64,000 nt of DNA from Macrostomum lignano (taxonomy: Eukaryota). The DNA lies in the NCBI GenBank assembly GCA_002269645.1, contig NIVC01000006.1:186001-250000 (forward strand), in the 5' to 3' direction. The translations under genes and the position numbers were made by a program. Shown in pieces: positions 33,757-42,491 of this stretch. Under the pieces are notes generated by a model, which ran no database searches, had not been told where the DNA came from, and saw nothing but the letters and a program-made list of their open reading frames with translations. Each line of letters begins with the position of its first letter. Position 1 is the stretch's first letter.

Positions 33757-36457
33757 ACGATCCTGACAGCATGGCCATTGAATGGTCGGATAATGAATCA
33801 TCTACTAAGGACCGAATAACGGTGGACTTCGCCTTCTTCACGCCAACCGTTAAGTCTGGTTGGCAGCACAGCTGCAGAGCTGTGCCAATATCCGAAGTTG
33901 ATTCCCGGGTGAGTCTGCACACGAGGGCACAGGCCGATAACAGCAGAGTACATTTAAAGTACCTTTAATGTACCTCTGAGAGGTTGCTCAGCTTTGAAAT
34001 TGGGATAATGCCTTTAATTTGTTTTACTAATATTTTCCTTCATTGACATACCGGGTACATAGGTTAGTTCTTCTAGACTGGGGTTAATTTGACCTTGTTT
34101 TATGTTTTTTGTGTCATCGGTATTCGTTTAACATCGAGATTATAAATAATAGTAGTAATAATATTATTCGCAGGAGGGCCTTTAGACACCTTGGCGCAAG
34201 GCCTTCGGCGACACACAGCCAGCGCTGAGGCAGCTCTGCCCATTCCACTGGCTCCTGAGCACACACAAGCACGCACTCATCCACACGCTCACACAGGGTG
34301 TACATCTGCCCTGTCTATGACCGGCATGTACAGTCTCTGCGCCTTGGGTACAAAAATTCCTAAAACTCTACTTAATAAAAGGTGTTTCGTCGCGAGTCTC
34401 ACCCGGACGCTATGAGCCTGGCCAGAACCAATAAGCGAACTCTCTGGACGGTCAGCGTTGACGAACCGAGCTGGCAGCGGTTCTCCGGCCTGTTCGTGCG
34501 CTGCACAGTCTATCAGAACTCCTCTGCTGTTGGCAAATTGACTTCGGAATGGAAATTTTCTAGAGCGGGTTCAGATCTTGGTGAGTCGAGCTGGTGTACC
34601 GTTAAACACTGTTAATTGATGTCTATTTTTTTATTAGAGGCAGGGGGGTTGTGTGCACCCTGGCGCACTTTAAGCGACATTGGCACACAACCGGCGAGAG
34701 AGGCATTGCTGCCCATTCCGCCGACTCCCCTGAGCAGGCATACAAGCGCGCGGATACGTACGCAGGCACACACTCACACAGGAGTGTACAGTGGCCCTAA
34801 CTTTATTTATCGTTAGGCATGTACACTTCACTGCGCCTTGGGGGGTTGGCTCTCAAGGCCGTTAATTGCACGCGCAGAGCCAAGCCGAGATTCCAATTCA
34901 GCCCCAAATTAATGTGACTGCACTTGGAATCGAGCCTGGGTCGCTGGCACACCAGAGCAGCTGCGCTACCGCTGGGCTACGGCCCCCCTTAATTGATGTC
35001 TATGGTAGAGCAGGTTGGATTTTTGTGCAGCTCATTTCCAAAGTAATGCAGCTGCGCATTTACGCTACTATTAGTAGTTTATAGTTAAAACTTACCGTTT
35101 TGTTTATGATAAAAATTAAAAATGCTGACACCCATTTTACAATTGGGTGAAGTGAAGCAATGCAAGTAAAGTGTCTTGCTCAAGGACACAAATTGTTCCG
35201 AGTGGGATCGGGAATCGAACCCCCGACCTTCAAGCCGTTATTCCGACGCTCTAACCACTAGGCTACAACCCTTGGTTTATACATAGGTTTTAAAACCAGA
35301 GCCTGTTGGTTGCAGAGATGAGAGCCACCAACTGATTCAGTTGGCAGGAAGAGCTCACTAATCATAGACTTGCAAAATATGGCAGGTAGCGGCAGTCAGA
35401 AGCTCAGTTTTAGATTATGATGCATTGATTTTCCAGATTCGTTGCACAAGAACTCACTACTGGTGCTGATAATAGTGCTTCCAGTCGTCTGCCTCATCAT
35501 GGGAGTTCTGGTCACCTCCATTGTCTATCAGTGTCACCGGCACAGGGTAAATATTAGCCCGTGTTGCCGAATTTGAGTTTTATAAGCTGAATCGGAATTA
35601 GCTTCAGGGTTAGGGGAGATGCAGGGTTAGGGGAGATGCAGAGAGAGGGGGAGATGCAGGAAGAGGGGGAGATGCAGAGAGAGGGGGAGATGCAGGGAGA
35701 AGGGAAGATGCAGGGAGAAGGGAAGATGCAGGAAGAGGGGGAGATGCGGGGAGAGGGGAAGATGCAGGGAGAGGGGAAGATGCAGGGAAAGGGGGAGATG
35801 CAGGGAGGGGGGAGATGCAGGGAGGGGGAGATGCAGGGAGAGGGAAGATGCAGGGAGAGGGGAAGATGCAGGGAAAGGGGGAGATGCAGGGAGACGGGAA
35901 GATGCAGGGAGAGGGGAAGATGCAGGGAAAGGGGGAGATGCAGGGAGACGGGAAGATGCAGGGAGAGGGGAAGATGCAGGGAGAGGAGGAGACGCAGGGA
36001 AAGGGGGAGATGCAGGGAGGGGGGAGATGCAGGGAGGGGGGAGATGCAGGGAGGGGGGAGATGCAGGGAGGGGGGAGATGCAGGGAGAGGGGAGATGCAG
36101 GGAGGGGGGAGATGCAGGGAGGGGGGAGATGCAGGGAGGGGGGAGATGCAGGGAGATTCGAGCATGCCACACCGTCCAGTCTGGTACAGTTGCAGCACGC
36201 AGCTCGAACCCGATTTCCCACCTCAGGCTGCTCCAAGAGTACCAAGACCCAACAGGCACCGCAGCGACACAACCGAGTCGGTCATTGAGACTCGACACTT
36301 CCCAGATGGACCCGAGCACAGGAGGCAGGAATTCGGCGACAGCCAGTACATCGGCAGCGATACCAACAACGAGAGCGCGCGTCTGGCGAGGCCGGTTTGC
36401 TTGGGTCGGCCAGGTCAGGAGGACCCCCCTTACGACATTGTGAAAGACATTCGCTGA
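33757..36457 (+). CDS. Single-pass membrane protein of unknown family, 5'-partial; exons about 33757-33908, 34382-34580, 35437-35546, and a terminal exon ending at 36457
   Basis: Phase-compatible GT-AG junctions (0,1,0). Exon 35437-35546 encodes LLVLIIVLPVVCLIMGVLVTSIVY followed by basic CHRHR. The tail ends ...GDSQYIGS...PPYDIVKDIR*. A further upstream exon may lie at 33121-33358. Confidence 0.6.
34160..34350 (-). mobile_element. Diverged SINE family 1 relative in an intron
   Basis: GCCCATTCCACTGGCTCCTGAGCAC...CTCACACAGGGTGTACA...GGCATGTACAGTCTCTGCGCCTTGGG. Confidence 0.6.
34627..34988 (-). mobile_element. tRNA-derived SINE family 1, full length, with 15-bp TSD
   Basis: Reverse complement of the 13662 element at roughly 95% identity by eye. 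TSD TTAATTGATGTCTAT at 34612-34626 and 34989-35003. Confidence 0.93.
35122..35271 (-). mobile_element. SINE family 2, 5' part (tRNA head plus CORE-like domain)
   Basis: Reverse complement reads GGGTTGTAGCCTAGTGGTTAGAGCG...GGTTCGATTCC...GTGTCCTTGAGCAAGACACTTTAC...AAATGGGTGTCAGC. Confidence 0.8.
35608..36153. repeat. G-rich 17/18-bp array (GGAGATGCAGGGAGAGGG)n
   Basis: Read directly; the same unit family occurs at 39995-40790 (inverted) and 41010-41235. Confidence 0.93.
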
Positions 36458-36607
36458 AGATTTGACTCATTGTTTCGACAGCGAGAACTTTTTAATTTAA
36501 ATTAATTAATTGTTATACGTCCGTAGTTTGTAACTTTAAAAAAAGAAAGCGATGTTTGCACCTGCTTGATGCCATGCAGCAAGCATTGTCTGCAGTAATT
36601 GTTTTAA

Positions 36608-37115
36608 AGTCACTCCGATTCCACTCAAGAGAGTCACTCCGATTCCACTCAAGAGAGTCACTCCGATTCCACTAAAGAGAGTCACTCCGATTCCACTCAA
36701 GAGAGTCACTCCGATTCCACTCAAGAGAGTCACTCCGATTCCACTCAAGAGAGTCACTCCGATTCCACTCAAGAGAGTCACTCCGATTCCACTCAAGAGA
36801 GTCACTCCGATTCCACTCAAGAGAGTCACTCCGATTCCACTCAAGAGAGTCACTCCGATTCCACTCAAGAGAGTCACTCCGATTCCACTCAAGAGAGTCA
36901 CTCCGATTCCACTCAAGAGAGTCACTCCGATTCCACTCAAAAGAGTCACTCCGATTCCACTCAAGAGAGTCACTCCGATTCCACTCAAGAGAGTCACTCC
37001 GATTACACTCAAGAGAGTCACTCCGATTCCACTCAAGAGAGTCACTCCGATTCCACTCAAGAGAGTCACTCTGATTCCACTCAAGAGAGTCACTCCGATG
37101 CCACTAAAGAGAATC
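36608..37115. repeat. 24-bp minisatellite (GTCACTCCGATTCCACTCAAGAGA)n
   Basis: About 21 units. Confidence 0.96.
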
Positions 37116-37409
37116 ACTGAATCTGAAGGAGTTTGTAATCAATATGTAAATATTGCATTCTAAGTATTGCAAAGATTGTACATGATTAGCATATTTTCTT
37201 CTCTAGGATAAAATATGCAGCCAACTGTATATTGCTATTGAATAAAATTCAATTCTCAAATATATATTACATGTACTGGTATTTTGCAAGGACCACTAGC
37301 AGTATATCTGATAGTGGTCCTTGGTTTTTTGTTGATTACAGGAGCCCCCTACTTGTGCTCTGCTTATTAAAGGAGGTTCCAGTGACTTTTTTGCTTCAAC
37401 ATTTTTTAA

Positions 37410-38728
37410 ACCAGTTTAGAGTAGCTGACACCCAGTTTAGAGTATCTGACACCCAGTTTAGAGTATCTGACACCCAGTTTAGAGTATCTGACACCCAGTT
37501 TAGAGTAACTGACACCCAGTTTAGAGTAGCTGACACCCAGTTTAGAGTAACTGACACCCAGTTTAGAGTAGCTGACACCCAGTTTAGAGTATCTGACACC
37601 CAGTTTAGAGGATCTGACACCCAGTTTAGAGTATCTGACACCCAGTTTAGAGTAGCTGACACCCAGTTTAGAGTATCTGACACCCAGTTTAGAGTATCTG
37701 ACACCCAGTTTAGAGTAACTGACACCCAGTTTAGAGTAGCTGACACCCAGTTTAGAGTAACTGACACCCAGTTTAGAGTAGCTGACACCCAGTTTAGAGT
37801 ATCTGACACCCAGTTTAGAGGATCTGACACCCAGTTTAGAGTATCTGACACCCAGTTTAGAGTAGCTGACACCCAGTTTAGAGTATCTGACACCCAGTTT
37901 AGAGTATCTGACACCCAGTTTAGAGTAGCTGACACCCAGTTTAGAGTAGCTGACACCCAGTTTAGAGTAGCTGACACCCAGTTTAGAGTATCTGACACCC
38001 AGTTTAGAGTAGCTGACACCCAGTTTAGAGTAGCTGACACCCAGTTTAGAGTAGCTGACACCCAGTTTAGAGTAGCTGACACCCAGTTTAGAGTAGCTGA
38101 CACCCAGTTTAGAGTATCTGACACCTAGTTTAGAGTAGCTGACACCCAGTTTAGAGTATCTGACACCCAGTTTAGAGTAGCTGACACCCAGTTTAGAGTA
38201 GCTGACACCCAGTTTAGAGTATCTGACACCCAGTTTAGAGTATCTGACACCCAGTTTAGAGTAGCTGACACCCAGTTTAGAGTATCTGACACCCAGTTTA
38301 GAGTATCTGACACCCAGTTTAGAGTAGCTGACACCCAGTTTAGAGTAGCTGACACCCAGTTTAGAGTAGCTGACACCCAGTTTAGAGTATCTGACACCCA
38401 GTTTAGAGTAGCTGACACCCAGTTTAGAGTAGCTGACACCCAGTTTAGAGTAGCTGACACCCAGTTTAGAGTAGCTGACACCCAGTTTAGAGTATCTGAC
38501 ACCCAGTTTAGAGTATCTGACACCTAGTTTAGAGTATCTGACACCCAGTTTAGAGTATCTGACACCCAGTTTAGAGTAGCTGACACCCAGTTTAGAGTAT
38601 CTGACACCTAGTTTAGAGTATCTGACACCCAGTTTAGAGTAGCTGACACCCAGCCTAGAGTAGCTGACACCCAGTTTAGAGTAACTGACACCTAGTTTAG
38701 AGCATCTGACACCCAGTTTAGAGTATCT
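37410..38728. repeat. 21-bp minisatellite (CCCAGTTTAGAGTATCTGACA)n
   Basis: About 63 units with TATC/TAGC/TAAC/GATC variants. Confidence 0.97.
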
Positions 38729-38761
38729 ACTGACAATAGATTTCTATTAATTTTAGGGGTG

Positions 38762-39583
38762 TGTAGTATTGACCCAATATTTCCTTGTTGTTATTAGACA
38801 TAAAATTTTTGCCGGTGTGTTCTGTAGCAGATGTCTAGGCCGACCGAAGACTTTACGGCGAGATCGCCTTGCCAAGAAACCCGTGACCTTGGCGCCAAAC
38901 CCCGGCTTTTCTGGACTTCAAGTCTACCACCCTCAAAGTGACTTAGCTGCAGGACAGTCCGAAGACAGGAGGCGAGCGCCGCCCATTCCGCTAAACTCTG
39001 GTCACCCGCTTCGGGAATGGTCGACTCAAATCGGGTATAAATACAAGCGAAAAATCCGAGCTGAAATCTCAGACTCGGAGCAGCCTCAAGAGACCTTGAG
39101 CTTTGCTAGAGCCGCCAAACGAGGCTACAAAGCTCCGAGGGAGAAGTAAACCAATTGGTAAGCCTTTGTCGAAGTCTTTGTTATTTGATTATTGAGAGCT
39201 GAGTCATTGCCGGCCGTTAGTGTTCGGTTGATTTCTATTGAGTTATTGAGCTTGAGGCCTCCCTATTCCTAAGGGATTGGATAGTATCCACGGGACCGAT
39301 TCCGATACTGTTAGTCGAGTATCGATTCGATTGAGTTCGGTACCCTAGAGTAACAGATAAGGGCACACGACTCGATTCTGTTATTTCTAGAAGAAGATGC
39401 CCTTTTGGAGGACCTCGTTATTGTTATGTCGGTAATTACTTATCACGAGGAATGCATTTACGTTGACGTAAAGTGCTCTCATATTTGGCCGACTTCAGAA
39501 TTCAGGAAGACAACTCCGGAGGAAAAATACTTTGAGGAGATGAGCTCGAGGAATCTGCCCGATAAGAAGAGGAGCCCGCAACA
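38762..39583. mobile_element. LTR-like segment
   Basis: Bounded by TGTAG...CAACA, with internal TATAAATA near 39035 and adjacent to a Gypsy integrase fragment. No TSD, PBS or second LTR confirmed. Confidence 0.35.
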
Positions 39584-39599
39584 GTAAGTGATCACTGAA

Positions 39600-39995
39600 T
39601 TCTGTTCCCAGACTTGCGGTCTGAACTTGCAAAACAAAACGATCAGGCGGTCTCCGATTTCTCTCAGAGCGACAAGGCCCAGCAGCCGTCGGCCCGTCCA
39701 GCAGATTCGTCCAGGTCTGCCGCGGATCAACAGGACTGGGCGGCCGGCCGCTCTCTGCTGCGTGTTGGTCAGCGGCGGGAAATCCTATCGTTTGCTGCGG
39801 CCGCCTGCGCACAGACACCTCCAGTCGGTGCTGGAGCACCACTGAGCTCAGCCTCCTGTCGGTGGTCTTGGAGATTCGGTAGATGACAGGTCCGAGCTTC
39901 TCTATATGGCCCCAACCACCGCCGACGGAGCGCCTTGGACCCGCCTTTTAGCACCGCCGGGTTGCTCAGCATCACCAGCTGGACGACCTGGAACT
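39600..39995 (-). mobile_element. Frameshifted Gypsy/Ty3 integrase C-terminal fragment
   Basis: FQVVQLVMLSNPAVLKGGSKALRRRWLGPY, then in a shifted frame GPVIYRISK..VVLQHRLE and RSERNRRPPDRF. This is the usual GPY-region and R-x-R-R-P-P tail of Gypsy integrases. Confidence 0.75.
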
Positions 39996-40790
39996 GCGTC
40001 TCCCCCTCTCCCTGCCGTCTCCCCCTCTCCCTGCCGTCTCCCCCTCTCCCTGCGTTTCCAACTCTCCCTGCATCTCCCCTCTCCCTGCGTTTCCAACTCT
40101 CCCTGCGTCTCCCCCTCTCCCTGCGTTTCCAACTCTCCCTGCATCTCCCCTCTCCCTGCGTTTCCAACTCTCCCTGCGTCTCCCCCTCTCCCTGCGTTTC
40201 CAACTCTCCCTGCATCTCCTCTCTCCCTGCGTTTCCAACTCTCCCTGCGTCTCCCCCTCTCCCTGCGTTTCCAACTCTCCCTGCATCTCCCCTCTCCCTT
40301 CGTTTCCAACTCTCCCTGCGTCTCCCCCTCTCCCTGCGTTTCCAACTCTCCCTGCATCTCCCCCTCTCCCTGCGTTTCCAACTCTCCCTGCGTCTCCCCC
40401 TCTCCCTGCGTTTCCAACTCTCCCTGCGTCTCCACCTCTCCCTGCGTTTCCAACTCTCCCTGCATCTCCCCCTCTCCCTGCGTTTCCAACTCTCCCTGCG
40501 TTTCCAACTCTCCCCTACGTCTCCCCCTCTCCCTGCGTCTCCCCTTCTCTGCGTCTCCTCCTCTCCCTGCATCTCCTCCTCTCCCTGCGTCTCCCCCTCT
40601 CCCTGCATCTCCCCCTCTCCCTGCGTTTCCCCCTCTCCCTGCGTCTCCCCCTCTCCCTGCGTTTCCAACTCTCCCTGCATCTCCCCCTCTCCCTGCAACT
40701 CCCCCTCTCCCTGCGTCTCCCCTTCTCTGCGTCTCCTCCTCTCCCTGCATCTCCCCCTCTCCCTGCAACTCCCCCTCTCCCTGCGCTGCC
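39995..40790. repeat. C-rich array (CTCCCCCTCTCCCTGCAT / CTCCCTGCGTTTCCAACT)n, inverted relative to the G-rich arrays
   Basis: Read directly. Confidence 0.93.
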
Positions 40791-41009
40791 TGTGCTCGAT
40801 ACTGTAAAAAGACTTAGTGTTGAGTAAGACTTCGGCGCCGACTTGGGCATTGATTGCAATGTACGTTCGTATGTATTTAAGACCCAACCTAAGGGTTCGA
40901 TGCGAGAGAAACGTACGTCCAATTGCAAGTACACCGACGTTACACTTAAATCAACTCAATACTCTTATCCTCAATATTGCCGCTATCGAGACCTAGACCT
41001 AGACTCCTA

Positions 41010-41235
41010 GCAGGGAGAGGTGGAGATGCAGGGAGAGGTGGAGATGCAGGGAGAGGTGGAGATGCAGGGAGAGGTGGAGATGCAGGGAGAGGTGGAGATG
41101 CAGGGAGAGGTGGAGATACAGGGAGAGGTGGAGATGCAGGGAGAGGTGGAGATGCAGGGAGAGGTGGAGATGCAGGGAGAGGAGGAGATGCAGGGAGAGG
41201 GGGAGATGTAGGGATAGGGGGAGGCGCAGGTAGAT
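41010..41235. repeat. G-rich 18-bp array (GGAGATGCAGGGAGAGGT)n
   Basis: About 12 units. Confidence 0.93.
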
Positions 41236-41640
41236 CCGAGCAGGCCACACCGTCCACAGTATGATACAGCGCAGCACGCAGCTTTATTTAATATGCATAG
41301 ACGCTGCCTATGACCGTGTGACAGGGATTCGCTGAAGTCTTGGCTCATTGTTGCGACTGCGCAATTGAGAAATTTGAAATTTGGAATTTGTTAATTCCGT
41401 GATGCCTCGCATTCTGAGTACTGCATAGGTTTGTACATGATGTGCATATTTTTCCCTCAAGCATAAAATACATAAAATTCAATGCTCAAACATATATTAC
41501 ATGTAAATGCATTTTGTTGATTACAGGAGCCCTGCTTCTTATCTGCTCATTAGAGATGGGTTTTGGTGACTTTTTTGCTTTAACATTTTCTAACTCCCAG
41601 TTTAGAGTATCTGACACCCAGTTTTGAGCATCTGACATAC
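41225..41640 (+). pseudogene. Partial duplicate of the membrane-protein terminal exon and 3' flank (paralogous to about 36150-37430)
   Basis: CCACACCGTCCA...GCAGCACGCAGCT and AAYDRVTGIR* versus PPYDIVKDIR*. Flanks GCATTCT.AGTA.TGCA and TTTTGTTGATTACAGGAGCCC align. No TM exon is found upstream. Confidence 0.65.
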
Positions 41641-42491
41641 CATATTTTTATCTGGTACTTTTACGATCTCCTATCCTCATTATTGCCGCTGATCGAGTTC
41701 CCCTTAGTTATAAAAGCAGAAGCATCAAAGTACCGGGTAGGTTTAACAAGTTCAAAAATGTCAAACTAGTTAAAAATAAATTAGCTGGTTTACAGGCTTG
41801 TTAGAGGGCATTAACGAACGAGGACTGACAGAGTTGAGTTGGCAGAAAACAGGCGCAACACCTTGAAATGATCTGTCATGCATATTGGTGGGTGGAAGCC
41901 AACGACTTACATGTATGGGATGGCAAAGGACCGACGCCCAACCCCGACGGGCGTAGCAACGGAGGGCTGGATGTGTGAAGCGGCCCGCACAACAGGACAG
42001 TAAAAGAACGCAGAAATGAGCTCCCCCAGATGCTCCAACTCAACCTGAGTAAAACCGTTAAGTCAAACCGCACAACCCTTGCTCCTGTAGCAGCGGGCAT
42101 GTCCAGTGCTGATTTAATTGCATGCGCTGTTTGTGTAAACCCTTCCGTCGTTAAGTATGCGGTATCCCCACCTCATCGGCGGCAGGGGGTGAAATTGCGG
42201 AAAATCTATAACATACATCGAAACTCAGCCCCGAGCAAGCTATAGGTCGGACTCAAGCCAGCCCTGCTCAAGTCATCGGCACTCAAGTGGAAAACTGCAG
42301 CCCTACTATCGGTCAGAGTGACCATGACAATATCTACAGGCTATGACATGCGCAGCAGATGCTCAGGCCTCTATAAGTTAGATGGATGAGCAGGAATCTA
42401 CCCTCACAGTCCCCAGCTCAAGCCGCAAGCAAGCACAGAGACCCTAGCGAGTCACCGCCCCCCGATTGAAGTAAACCAGCTCGTCAGGACC

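Noticed and set aside
36150-36470. RTEL1/DDX11-like helicase start on the minus strand (MSQIFSECL..., GRCGMLESP)
   Set aside because: The Walker A TGxGK is absent and the pieces are in different frames. The plus strand has a better explanation as a terminal exon.
40800-40944. TGTAACG at 40944 (minus strand) as the 5' LTR of the Gypsy remnant
   Set aside because: No matching second LTR, PBS or TSD could be identified.
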